DNA of 64,000 nucleotides from a bacterium (GCA_021788365.1 JAJYKS010000001.1:3887-67886), one strand, 5' to 3'; counted from the stretch's first letter, positions 21,683 to 31,244 are shown. The notes: generated from the sequence alone by a model not told the origin. Numbers and translations: made by a program.

Positions 21683-22972
21683 TTACCTTCCGATACCTTT
21701 ATACTGCAGGCCGGCGGCAGTAACGGCAGCGGGATCGTATTGGTTGCGGGTATCAAAAAAATATTTTGGTGCCACCATACTTGCTGCAATTTTCCCTAGG
21801 TCAAGTTTTTTATATTCGTCCCATTCTATAAGAAGCATAGCAATGTGTGCCCCACGGACTGCCTCGTAGGCATTTTCTACATAGGTTACGCTACTTGGTA
21901 GAAGTGGTTTGCTTTCGTCTATGGCTTTGGGGTCTGTTGCGCGTACTATTGCACCATGTTCTATGAGCCACGGAACTATTTTGAGTGAAGGGGCAACGCG
22001 TGTGTCGTTGGTGTTTGGCTTGAACGATAGACCTAAAATCCCAACCGTTTTTCCTGCAAAGCCACCTACCAATTTGTCGTATTTTTCCATGAGGCGCGGG
22101 ATTCGTTTTTCGTTGAGATCGTCGACAGCAATAAAGATACTTTCTGTCTCCCCCACAGTACGGGCATATGCGGCGATTTCCTTTACGTCTTTAGGGAAAC
22201 ACGATCCACCGTACCCCAAACCGGGATACCAATAGTGGGTGCCGATACGCTTGTCTTGACCAATACCAGCCAACACTTCTTGAACATCCGCGCCATTCAG
22301 CTCGCACAGATCAGCCATTTGGTTGGCAAAGGTTATACGCGAGGCAAGGTAAACGTTTGCTGCGTATTTTGCCATCTGTGCTGACTCTGGTCGTACAATA
22401 ACAACATTCTTGGTCAGCGACTCATGCAGTTTCGTGAGCGTCGCTATTGTCCGTTCGTTTGTCGCTCCTATTACCGCTCGATCTGGATGGAGCGTATCCT
22501 CTACCGCTGTCCCCTCTTTTAGAAACTCGGGTACCGAGGCGATATCAAAGAAAACTTTCGTACCTCTTTCAATGATCTCATGAACTTTGCTGTTGGTGCC
22601 AGGTGGAACGGTGCTCTTGACGATGACAATTGCCCCCTCTTTTAGATAAGGAGCCATCGCTTCTGACGCTGCGTATACATATTTGAGATCGGCCGTGCCA
22701 TCCGCGGCCGATGGCGTGCCTACCATAATCATTACGATGTCGGCACCCGATATCGCTAACTCGTATGAAGTAGTAAACGTGAGATGACCCTCTGCCTGCG
22801 TTTTTACCAACAGTTCCTGCAACCCTGGCTCATAAAATGGTACAACCCCATGCCGGAGTGAATCGATCTTTTTTTCGTCGATGTCGAGACCAACGACTTC
22901 GTTCCCTAGGCTAGCGAATACCGCGGCCGTCACCACTCCGACAAATCCTGTGCCGATACATGCGATTTTCAT
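21683..22972 (-). CDS. ugd: UDP-glucose 6-dehydrogenase
   Basis: GTGFVG, KSTVPPG, PEFLKEG, GYGGSCFPKD, LSFKPNTND. Confidence 0.95.
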   Translation of the reverse strand: MKIACIGTGFVGVVTAAVFASLGNEVVGLDIDEKKIDSLRHGVVPFYEPGLQELLVKTQAEGHLTFTTSYELAISGADIVMIMVGTPSAADGTADLKYVYAASEAMAPYLKEGAIVIVKSTVPPGTNSKVHEIIERGTKVFFDIASVPEFLKEGTAVEDTLHPDRAVIGATNERTIATLTKLHESLTKNVVIVRPESAQMAKYAANVYLASRITFANQMADLCELNGADVQEVLAGIGQDKRIGTHYWYPGLGYGGSCFPKDVKEIAAYARTVGETESIFIAVDDLNEKRIPRLMEKYDKLVGGFAGKTVGILGLSFKPNTNDTRVAPSLKIVPWLIEHGAIVRATDPKAIDESKPLLPSSVTYVENAYEAVRGAHIAMLLIEWDEYKKLDLGKIAASMVAPKYFFDTRNQYDPAAVTAAGLQYKGIGR

Positions 22973-22984
22973 TAGCTTATGATA

Positions 22985-23518
22985 TCAGGATTGCAGTAAC
23001 TTGGCGACCGTGGCGGCGAAATCTGGGTTCTTTTTGATCTTTGCAACCCCTTCCTCAATTGGGAACCAACCAGCATCGTAGTACTCTTTTTCGAGATACT
23101 GGAATGGTTGCTCTGGTATGTGTACTAAGAACCACATGTCGTAGTGGACCATACAACCTTGTTCCGGCCGGTCGATGTTTTTGACCGAGAGAGAAAACGG
23201 TTCGAGCATAGACTTGATTATCGTAGTTGCGAGCTCCTCCCGCATCTCACGGATTGCGGTCATGCTGGGCGTCTCCCCAGGCTCGATGTGACCGCCAGGA
23301 GGGATCCAATCGTCCGCTTTTTTGTGATGGCCGAGATAGATCGTCCCTGAGTGTTTGTCGTATGGTAAGAAGAAGGCGCAGTAGTGTGCCTGGGCTCTTT
23401 CGCCCTTGGTGTGAAATGGTTGTTTTTGCTTAAATTCGCGAAATTGTTCTACTACTGTGGGAGTGACATGGGGAGCGATATAGAGGGATTCGATTTCGTC
23501 CCATGCATCCTGTAGCAT
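22985..23518 (-). CDS. NUDIX hydrolase
   Basis: Nudix box GGHIEPGETPSMTAIREMREE. Start placed at ATG 23518 because the longer ORF overlaps trmD. Confidence 0.85.
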   Translation of the reverse strand: MLQDAWDEIESLYIAPHVTPTVVEQFREFKQKQPFHTKGERAQAHYCAFFLPYDKHSGTIYLGHHKKADDWIPPGGHIEPGETPSMTAIREMREELATTIIKSMLEPFSLSVKNIDRPEQGCMVHYDMWFLVHIPEQPFQYLEKEYYDAGWFPIEEGVAKIKKNPDFAATVAKLLQS

Positions 23519-23539
23519 AAGTGCATTATAATACGTCGT

Positions 23540-24205
23540 ATGCGGATTGATATTGTTACTTTGTTCCCCGAATTCTTTGACACACTGAAAACTCACAGCA
23601 TCGTGGGGCGGGCGTTGGCAAATAAAAAAATAGAACTGGTGACGCATAATATGCGCGACTGGTCGCACGACGCGTACAAAACGGTGGACGACCATCCCTA
23701 CGGCGGCGGTGTGGGCATGGTACTAAAAGTAGACGTCGTTGCACCCGCGATTGCCGATGTACGAAAGGAAAATCCTGAGGCGCCAGTACTCTTAACAACG
23801 CCGCAGGGCGTGCCGTACTCGCAACACGTTGCACGTACCTTGTCGAGTAAAAGCGGACTCATTATCGTTTGCGGACACTACGAGGGATACGACGAGCGGA
23901 TACGAGACTACGTGGACCTCGAGATCTCGGTAGGTGATTTCGTCCTCACCGGCGGAGAGATACCGGCGATGGCTATCGTTGACTCTGTCGCGCGGCTCCT
24001 GCCCGGCGTACTCGGGCATGACGAGAGCAGCCAGGACGAGTCGTTCTCCGAGGGACTATTGGAATACCCCCAGTACACGCGACCGCCCGAGTATGACAAT
24101 AAGAAAGTACCGGAAATACTCCTTGGCGGTAATCACAAAGAAATACAGCAGTGGCGAACTCAAGAGTCCAAACTTCGCACAAAGAGTCGACGACCTGATT
24201 TATAA
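23540..24205 (+). CDS. trmD: tRNA (guanine-37-N1)-methyltransferase
   Basis: TLFPE, DDHPYGGG.GM, CGHYEGYDER, GDFVLTGGE, LLEYPQYTRP. Confidence 0.98.
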   Translation: MRIDIVTLFPEFFDTLKTHSIVGRALANKKIELVTHNMRDWSHDAYKTVDDHPYGGGVGMVLKVDVVAPAIADVRKENPEAPVLLTTPQGVPYSQHVARTLSSKSGLIIVCGHYEGYDERIRDYVDLEISVGDFVLTGGEIPAMAIVDSVARLLPGVLGHDESSQDESFSEGLLEYPQYTRPPEYDNKKVPEILLGGNHKEIQQWRTQESKLRTKSRRPDL

Positions 24206-24790
24206 CGGTTTGGCGACAACAACGAACCGCTGACTATCCAGGAATCCGGCGCAGGTGTAGAGCGTCAGCGTCTCTGTATTTGTTGGCGAGAGTAGTTTCG
24301 TGTTTGCGGGGTCTACTTGCTGCATCGATACGATTTTGTAGGAACGAGTGGTACCATCCGACAGTGTCAGTACGATCGTCTCGTTACCCTTTAGTGCGCG
24401 AATATTACCGAGGACGGTCCGTAGGTTGTGCCCGTAGATTATCATGTTGCCATCCGTACTGGGACGTGCAGATTGTGCGAGATAGGAAGCCTTGTCAGGA
24501 GAAATGGTCCAGTGATTGTCGGTGTACACCTCTTTCTCTATATCGACGTCCACGAACCATTTAATAAATATGTGCGTCGGCACTGGAAGCGGCGCGACGG
24601 CAGGCGCTGCGTGATATTCCGCAACAATTTTTTTGTCTATGGAAAGTGCGCGAAAACGCACGATGTTATGTACCGTGGAGACAGTCACCATCCCTATACC
24701 AAAAATAATTAATATTTCTGGAAGATATGAGAAGCGTGCACGATGAGACGATTTTTTAGCGGGAGGAGTGTGATTTCTTTTTCTTGCCAT
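24200..24790 (-). CDS. sortase
   Basis: N-terminal TM, catalytic His (IYGHN), TLYTC and Arg (QRFVVVA). Confidence 0.88.
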   Translation of the reverse strand: MARKRNHTPPAKKSSHRARFSYLPEILIIFGIGMVTVSTVHNIVRFRALSIDKKIVAEYHAAPAVAPLPVPTHIFIKWFVDVDIEKEVYTDNHWTISPDKASYLAQSARPSTDGNMIIYGHNLRTVLGNIRALKGNETIVLTLSDGTTRSYKIVSMQQVDPANTKLLSPTNTETLTLYTCAGFLDSQRFVVVAKPL

Positions 24791-25607
24791 AGAGCACCGA
24801 GCCTGATAGCGTCATGAGACCGCCGACGGAACCCAGCGCATTCATAATAACATCATCTACTACGCCAGTCTTTGCATAGGTTGAGGCACCTAGCACCTCA
24901 CCTTGCGGCTCGGGAGAATTACTTGAAGATGAGCTCGAGGAGTTGGAACTTGAGGAAGATGAAGAACTGGATGATGAGCTAGAGGAGCTGGGCGATGGCG
25001 AAGGAGATGACTCTACCGACGCGGATGGCGAGGGGGAGGCTGACTCGGAGGCCGATGGCGATGGTTCTAGCGAAGGCGACGGTGAGGGAGAGACACACTC
25101 TTCGTCTTCTACGCATGGGTCTACTGATGGACTTGGTGAGGGTGAGGGTGACAATTCTGGCGACGCGCTTGGAGATGGGGATGGGGAGGGACTTGGGGAG
25201 GGACTAAGACTAGGTGAGGGTGACGGACTGGCGGGAATATGACAGCCGTTGTTATAGATCTCCTGGCCTTCGCTTGTCCAGTTCATACCTGGATAGTTGA
25301 AACTACCATTGATATAGGGAGGAATGATATCTCCCCAATCGTGGCCTGGATAGATAGGTCCTGTGTGGTTGAGATGTCCACCAGAGAGCGAACCATCGTT
25401 TTGAATATTAGGGGTGTTCACTACGTAGGGATTGGAGTTGGAGTCAGATGCATGACAGATGGTTATTTTATCGTTGTCATTGTTATCATCATTATGGGCA
25501 AAGGCAGGGGAAGGGTTTACCGAAAAAAGATGCGATAACGATACGGCGGCAAAAACGATTGAGATAAAAACAAATAGCGACGTCAACCTTGCAAAATGCT
25601 TTCTCAT
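24756..25607 (-). CDS. secreted Ser/Pro-rich surface protein, putative sortase substrate
   Basis: Signal peptide ending AFA, KITICHA domain, (SP)n and poly-S linker, GEVLGASTYAKTG, hydrophobic segment, KKKK tail. Confidence 0.8.
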   Translation of the reverse strand: MRKHFARLTSLFVFISIVFAAVSLSHLFSVNPSPAFAHNDDNNDNDKITICHASDSNSNPYVVNTPNIQNDGSLSGGHLNHTGPIYPGHDWGDIIPPYINGSFNYPGMNWTSEGQEIYNNGCHIPASPSPSPSLSPSPSPSPSPSPSASPELSPSPSPSPSVDPCVEDEECVSPSPSPSLEPSPSASESASPSPSASVESSPSPSPSSSSSSSSSSSSSSSNSSSSSSSNSPEPQGEVLGASTYAKTGVVDDVIMNALGSVGGLMTLSGSVLYGKKKKSHSSR

Positions 25608-25650
25608 TGCGGCTATAGTACTATTTATAGGACTTAATGTCAAGAGGTGA

Positions 25651-26553
25651 TTAACTGGTTATATCCGTCAAACCTTCGTCTATAGTCGCAAAATGGAGGC
25701 CTAAATCTCGTGTCGCTTTTGCGTTGCTCATTTTTACCGTGCGAGCAAAGGGCCGCGCAGCGGTCTTTAGATATTCGGTGAGGCTCCCCTCTTTGACCAC
25801 CGCTGGATCAAATCCGTAGGCGACGGCGACTTTTTTTGCCAGCTCATAGGGCGAGAGCGAAGTGCTACCTACGACATGATAGATGCCGGATACTTTCCTC
25901 TCCGCCACAACGTCTAGGGCTCTTGCAATGTCATCGATGAAGGTTGGCGTTATTGCCGTATCGGTAAATTGTGGGTAGAGCTTGCCCGTCTCCAAACCTA
26001 TTTTTATCTTCTTGATGATATCGGGCTTGAGATCGTAAGCCTTGCGGTATGGATAGCTAATGCGAACGATAGTATACGACGCGCCGCTCTTTACCACTTC
26101 TTCCTCGGCCATTGCCTTTGTCTCACCGTACCACTCGATTGGGGATACTGCGTCATCCTCGGTGTATGGCGTTTCTTTTTTGCCATCGAAAACAAAATCA
26201 GTCGAAATATGGATGAGATGCATCCCACGGGCTTTGCATACTTCGGCAATATTTTTTGTTCCCATGACATTTACCCTGTAACAAATCCCCTCTTTGTTTC
26301 CCGCCTCGGCAAACGCTTTGTTTGTGTCGGTAAAGGCAGCCATGTGAATGAGGACTGGGGCTGGGCCCACCTTCGCTGAAGCTCCGGTGGGTAAATGTGC
26401 GTCGACAAACGACTCTACACTAGCCTTATCGGTGATGTCTACCCCGGTGGTGAGATCGATGTTGCCGACCTCGTATTTGTCCGCAAACATTTCTACGAAA
26501 CGAGAACCGACGAGGCCGGTGGCGCCGGTCATGAGAAGCGCTATTTTTGCCAT
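25651..26553 (-). CDS. rmlD: dTDP-4-dehydrorhamnose reductase
   Basis: TGATGLVG, HISTDFVFDG, YGETK, TPTFIDD. Confidence 0.88.
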   Translation of the reverse strand: MAKIALLMTGATGLVGSRFVEMFADKYEVGNIDLTTGVDITDKASVESFVDAHLPTGASAKVGPAPVLIHMAAFTDTNKAFAEAGNKEGICYRVNVMGTKNIAEVCKARGMHLIHISTDFVFDGKKETPYTEDDAVSPIEWYGETKAMAEEEVVKSGASYTIVRISYPYRKAYDLKPDIIKKIKIGLETGKLYPQFTDTAITPTFIDDIARALDVVAERKVSGIYHVVGSTSLSPYELAKKVAVAYGFDPAVVKEGSLTEYLKTAARPFARTVKMSNAKATRDLGLHFATIDEGLTDITS

Positions 26554-26557
26554 ATTT

Positions 26558-26980
26558 TTACTCCTCTTTTAGTAACTTCTGAAACTCCTCGTAGTTCTCG
26601 CAATAATCCGCGCGGACGGGATCGTAGTTGGTACTCGTGATAGCTACAATCACGCAGTCTTGCGACATGTCCTTGAAGCCGTGCCACACCATGTGGGGGA
26701 CGGAGATGGCGTTTTGTGGACCAGAGAGGACCACGTCTTCCAGACCATGTCCGTCATCGACAACTATTGTCGACTGTCCCTGAAGCTGTACAAAGAGCTC
26801 ATCTTCTTCTGCTCTGTGGGCGTGGTTGCCGCTTTTCATCTCTCCCTTGGGACTGGTGATGAAATAGACTCGTTTTACGGTGAAGTTTATGTACTCCTTG
26901 AGCTCGAGAGCGGTCATGGTAAAGGTGGGCGCCTGAATATTCTTTAGCGTAAACACTTTGTAGCGACGATCGTCTGCCAT
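26558..26980 (-). CDS. FdtA/QdtA/WxcM-like sugar isomerase cupin
   Basis: VKRVYFI, GNHAH, VWHGF, YDP...DY...YEEF. Confidence 0.85.
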   Translation of the reverse strand: MADDRRYKVFTLKNIQAPTFTMTALELKEYINFTVKRVYFITSPKGEMKSGNHAHRAEEDELFVQLQGQSTIVVDDGHGLEDVVLSGPQNAISVPHMVWHGFKDMSQDCVIVAITSTNYDPVRADYCENYEEFQKLLKEE

Positions 26981-27007
26981 AGCTATCCCTTTTCGGCCAA
27001 AGGCCGA

Positions 27008-28078
27008 TCAGCCTTTGGCTGAAATGTGCTGATTAATCTCGCTCATGCGAGCGTGAATCTTGTGAACCCATTCGGAGTTGTCTAGGTACCATTGCACGGT
27101 TTCCTTTAGTCCCTGCTCAAATTTATCCCGAGTGTATACCGGCTCCCAGCCGAGCGCCAAGATCTTCGTGGCGTCTATCGCGTAGCGGCGGTCGTGGCCG
27201 GGTCTGTCTTGTACAAAGGTCATAAGACTCTCTGGCTTGCCCAAAATCTTCAAGACCATTTTGGTAATCTCCAGGTTATTTCGCTCATTATCTACGCCAA
27301 TGTTGTAAACCTCTCCTGGTGTACCTTTGTGAAGCAGGAGGTCGAGCGCACGGCTATGATCAACCGCATGGATCCAGTCACGGACGTTTAAGCCATCACC
27401 ATATACTGGGACGGGTTGGTCATCCATAGCCTTGAAAATGAAGAATGGGATCAATTTCTCTGGGTATTGGTACGGGCCGTAGTTGTTGCTGCAGTGGGTG
27501 ACGATGACCGGTGTCTTGTGAGTGACCCAGTAGGCGTGGCACATGAGGTCACCGCCAGCCTTGGCTGCGGCATAGGGCATGTTCGGCATAATGGGAGTGT
27601 CTTCGGTAAATTTCCTGTCCTCATCGAGACCAAGAGCTCCGTAGACCTCATCTGTCGAGACCTGCAACATGAGTTCGAGATTATTTGCTCGGGCTGCATC
27701 CAGGAGCATTTGCACGCCGAGACTATTTGTCAGGACAAAGTCTTTGATACCCCCGTGGATACTGCGATCTACGTGTGTCTCAGCGGCAAAGTTAATGAGG
27801 TGGGTGATGCCATATTTTTTTATAACTTCGTTTACGCGAGTCAGATCGGTGATATCGCCTTGCTCAAAGTGGTAGTGAGGATTTGTCTCGATTGATTTGA
27901 GATTATCTAGATTGCCTGCGTAGGTTAGTTTGTCGTAGTTGACGATCTCGTAGTCAGGGTACTTGCCCAGCATGTAGTGGATAAAATTGCTTCCGATAAA
28001 GCCGGCACCGCCGGCAACCATCAGCTTTACCGCTCCGCGGTATTTCGCACTATCTGTATTTTTTATTGAGCTCAACAT
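27008..28078 (-). CDS. rmlB: dTDP-glucose 4,6-dehydratase
   Basis: GGAGFIGSNF, DKLTYAGN, AAETHVDRSI, STDEVYG, CSNNYGPYQYPEK, DRPGHDRRY. Confidence 0.96.
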   Translation of the reverse strand: MLSSIKNTDSAKYRGAVKLMVAGGAGFIGSNFIHYMLGKYPDYEIVNYDKLTYAGNLDNLKSIETNPHYHFEQGDITDLTRVNEVIKKYGITHLINFAAETHVDRSIHGGIKDFVLTNSLGVQMLLDAARANNLELMLQVSTDEVYGALGLDEDRKFTEDTPIMPNMPYAAAKAGGDLMCHAYWVTHKTPVIVTHCSNNYGPYQYPEKLIPFFIFKAMDDQPVPVYGDGLNVRDWIHAVDHSRALDLLLHKGTPGEVYNIGVDNERNNLEITKMVLKILGKPESLMTFVQDRPGHDRRYAIDATKILALGWEPVYTRDKFEQGLKETVQWYLDNSEWVHKIHARMSEINQHISAKG

Positions 28079-28086
28079 ACATTCTC

Positions 28087-28785
28087 CTATTTATGTACAA
28101 TTCTTTTATGCGTCAGTTTTTCGATCACTCCTAGACCGAGATGCGACAGCGCAATGATACCAAGATTTAGTGCGAGCGTCACCCCCAATACGATATTGAG
28201 CGAGGTGAGTGTTGTTGTGAGGACCGACCCCTCTGCTATCTGAAAAGAAACACCCGCACGGTAGAGCGCAAAGATAATGCCGCCGGACAAAACGAATATG
28301 ATGGGCCAGGACCGCCTATCTTCTTTCGAGATCATCATGCTGTTGCCAACTACCATGATCCCGTATCCTAAAAGTGCGAGCGACCACCACGGATACCCTC
28401 TTGCCCACCAGGCTGAAAAGAGATAGCCAAAGAGCGCCAGGAGCCCTAGTCCGCTTACAAATGGGGCTATGCCAATGACAAAACTACGAAGTGGGTCTGC
28501 CGAAGCAGTCATGACGTGCCCCAGTTTTTGCCGCTTTTCTTCACCGTTTGAAAAATCTGGAAGGATAGAGATTTCACCGGTCGGGACCTGTAGCACTTCG
28601 GCTACTATCCAGTGGGATAGCTCGTGAATAATGGTGCCGGGCAATACCATAACGCTGTATACAACAACGCCTGGGCGCGTTGAGCCGAAGAGCAACAAAC
28701 TAATTCCCGATAGCTCGAACACGAGCCGGCTGCGCACTGCCGAGAGGACGATTATCAGTACAATAAATAGTAGCGCGCTATACAC
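28087..28785 (-). CDS. membrane protein with HEXXH motif (M50-like metallopeptidase)
   Basis: PGTIIHELSH, IGIAP, multi-TM; GTG start. Confidence 0.65.
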   Translation of the reverse strand: MYSALLFIVLIIVLSAVRSRLVFELSGISLLLFGSTRPGVVVYSVMVLPGTIIHELSHWIVAEVLQVPTGEISILPDFSNGEEKRQKLGHVMTASADPLRSFVIGIAPFVSGLGLLALFGYLFSAWWARGYPWWSLALLGYGIMVVGNSMMISKEDRRSWPIIFVLSGGIIFALYRAGVSFQIAEGSVLTTTLTSLNIVLGVTLALNLGIIALSHLGLGVIEKLTHKRIVHK

Positions 28786-28787
28786 CT

Positions 28788-29525
28788 TTACAGGCCAAAT
28801 GTTTTAATACTCGCGTTTTTCTTCACCTCTGCGAACCAGGTGAGGAAGGCGCTCTGGAGCTTGTTCTGCTTCAACGTGTCTACGATCGTTGCTTTTGCCT
28901 GATCGAGTGTCTCGCCTTTATAAGTCGAGTCCTTGTTGGTGTCGTATTCTTTTTGTACCTCGGCGTCTGTCGGCGTCACCTTGTCTTTTAGGATCTCTTC
29001 GACTGCAAGCTGTGTGTACACCTGCTTCTGTAGATCACTTCTGGTCATACCGCGCTGTTTAAGGGCTATATCAAGGCCACCAACGTCTTTGAACTGATCT
29101 TCAAGGGTTTTCATCTGTGCGTCGACTGCCGATTGATCAATCTTTACCCCTGATTTGGCGATGGCGTCATCCAAGACCTGCTGGTTCGTCATGTCATCCA
29201 GCGTCTGAGCACCATAGCTAGACTCTAGTTTGTTCCAGAGCGCAAAACGGGTGATGGGATGGTTGTCCACTATGGCCGGCACCAACCATGGGCCTGCCTT
29301 ATAGGTAAGGAGCGCAACGGCGAGGATTACCACGGCAGCTGTTAAAACCTTTGTGTTGAGATGAAATTTCTTTGACGATGCCATGGGAGTAGCGGATATC
29401 GCAGCCATAGCTGGCGTGGAGGCGACCACTGGAGATACTTTCTTTGTCGATTTTACTGCGTGAGCAACGCGAGCAGACTTTGCCGTTGCTTTTGTTGTCT
29501 TGGTTGTTTTTTTCGCTGTGGCCAT
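28788..29525 (-). CDS. SurA N-terminal/PrsA-like membrane-anchored chaperone
   Basis: Basic N-terminus, TM, AIVDNHPITR, helical body, ends in ASIK. Confidence 0.75.
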   Translation of the reverse strand: MATAKKTTKTTKATAKSARVAHAVKSTKKVSPVVASTPAMAAISATPMASSKKFHLNTKVLTAAVVILAVALLTYKAGPWLVPAIVDNHPITRFALWNKLESSYGAQTLDDMTNQQVLDDAIAKSGVKIDQSAVDAQMKTLEDQFKDVGGLDIALKQRGMTRSDLQKQVYTQLAVEEILKDKVTPTDAEVQKEYDTNKDSTYKGETLDQAKATIVDTLKQNKLQSAFLTWFAEVKKNASIKTFGL

Positions 29526-29573
29526 GGTACTCCCTTCAATCGTCTATTGATAACTAGAATTGTAGCATAATTT

Positions 29574-30350
29574 TTAGCTAACCTTTTGCAAGGAATACCA
29601 TGTATACGACAAAGAGCGCGAGGAATGCGAATGCGAAGCGGTATGGGACGACCTTACCTCTTGACTAAAGACGCTTGTCAAAAGTTCGGGGAGTGATGTA
29701 GCTACCGCTGTTAGTGAGAGGCCGAGAACGGTAGTGGTAACGCTCAGCGACGTGGAAAGACCTTCCGTCGCGTTTACCGTCATAATGCCACCCACAACCA
29801 CCCCAATCACCGATCCCAAGAGCTCCAAAATACTCATAAACCCGTCATTCATTTTTTTCACTTTGCGAAAACGAAAATAGTCCTCGAATGATCTACCTGT
29901 AACCCCCCAGCGATACTCCAGGTAGGTAACCAGTACGGCTATAGAGAGTAGTAGCATACCGCTCCCAAACGGTGCGGGGCGCGGGGCGTAGAGCACAAGA
30001 AAACCGACGGTTACCCCGAGTAGTACCAAGACAGTTCGTTGCGTCTTGGTAGTACCTATGCGGAGTTTTCCCGCGAGGACGGCTGCGGGAAGCACGAGCG
30101 CGATGTTCACAACGTTAGATCCCACAATATTGGCTACAGCAAGGTTTACGTCGTGCTCGGCAATCGCGACTAGCGATACAACAAGCTCAGGTATGGAAGT
30201 ACCGATCGCAACTAGTGTAGAACCGATGACGAGGGGCGAGATACGAATGCCGCTACTAACTCGCTCTACCCATCGCACGAAGAAACGGGTGGAAACGAGG
30301 AGGATAGTGATACCGATTGCAAACTGGATCGCCGACGAAAGGATGGGCAT
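29574..30350 (-). pseudogene. YrbG-like Na+/Ca2+ exchanger with internal deletion and frameshift
   Basis: The alpha-1 repeat (GTSIPE...NIVGSN) is intact, but alpha-2 stops after ATSLPEL. The last TM helix (GKVVPYRFAFAFLALFVVYMVFLAKG*) follows in another frame from about 29658. Confidence 0.75.
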
Positions 30351-30359
30351 AGTGCTAGT

Positions 30360-30695
30360 TTAGCGCGTTTTAACGTACTTTTGATGCATTTCTTCAACAC
30401 GTGCGACGATTGCTTGCTTCACATCTATTCCGAGCGCAAGGCCGAGAAGAATGAGCGAGTTGAAAACGTCGCCAAGCTCTTTTTCTATATTACTCTTATC
30501 GTGTCCTTCGTATTTTTCTGGCCGTTGCAAACCGAGTTTGAGAAGTACTTCCTCCATGAGCTCACCCACTTCTTCGTTGAGCTTTGTGGAACGAGCGAGA
30601 ATAACTTTTTCATTATCGCTTTCCAAATCTGGATGTATTTTTTTGAGCGCTTCTTCTATTTCCGCAAGCTGGCTAATAAGTTCATCGAGTTTCAT
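30360..30695 (-). CDS. MazG-like nucleotide pyrophosphohydrolase
   Basis: KLNEEVGEL...EKELGDV. Confidence 0.82.
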   Translation of the reverse strand: MKLDELISQLAEIEEALKKIHPDLESDNEKVILARSTKLNEEVGELMEEVLLKLGLQRPEKYEGHDKSNIEKELGDVFNSLILLGLALGIDVKQAIVARVEEMHQKYVKTR

Positions 30696-31230
30696 GTTTA
30701 CTCTTTCTGTACAGAGCATAGAGCAAGTACACGCTCATGGTGTAGCCACAATTTGCCGTACCTGCTTCTATCATGGATGGTAAGGCTGTTAGTTTTATTT
30801 TTTGTACTTCCATGTCGCTTTCCGTTTTTTCTCGATGGGCTGTGCCTACCGTAAAATCGGTAGCGAGGTATACGTGCATGTGGGCCGATGTCATTCCCGG
30901 ATCAGGCTTGAATGTGCCGAGTTTTACGAGCGTAGCGTGGGTGATGCCCGTTTCTTCTTCCAGCTCTTGCCGAGCTGCCTGTTCTGCAGATTGGCCTTTT
31001 TCTACACCCCCCATGGGAAATTGCCATATAGATTCGTGTATGGGATAGCGATATTGTCGTACCATGTAGACGCTGTCGCCAACTACCGGTAATATCGCAA
31101 CGCCATCTCTATTTGTTTTTGTGACGTACACTTGTTCCCACCGCGTACCGTTGAGCTCAACTTCGTCTACCATAATTTCGGCGTGAGGGTTCTTGTACAC
31201 TGAGCGGGTGGATATGAGCTTTGGCGGCAT
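30682..31230 (-). CDS. NUDIX hydrolase (ADP-ribose pyrophosphatase-like)
   Basis: RQYRYP, GGVEKGQSAEQAARQELEEETG. Confidence 0.88.
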   Translation of the reverse strand: MPPKLISTRSVYKNPHAEIMVDEVELNGTRWEQVYVTKTNRDGVAILPVVGDSVYMVRQYRYPIHESIWQFPMGGVEKGQSAEQAARQELEEETGITHATLVKLGTFKPDPGMTSAHMHVYLATDFTVGTAHREKTESDMEVQKIKLTALPSMIEAGTANCGYTMSVYLLYALYRKSKHETR

Positions 31231-31244
31231 GCGGTTATTTTACT

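Noticed and set aside
24930-25235. Repetitive GGTGAG/GGCGA tracts, also at 53840-53980, as a possible CRISPR or DNA repeat array
   Set aside because: They are codon-level repeats encoding (SP)n and poly-Ser linkers; there is no repeat-spacer structure and no cas gene.
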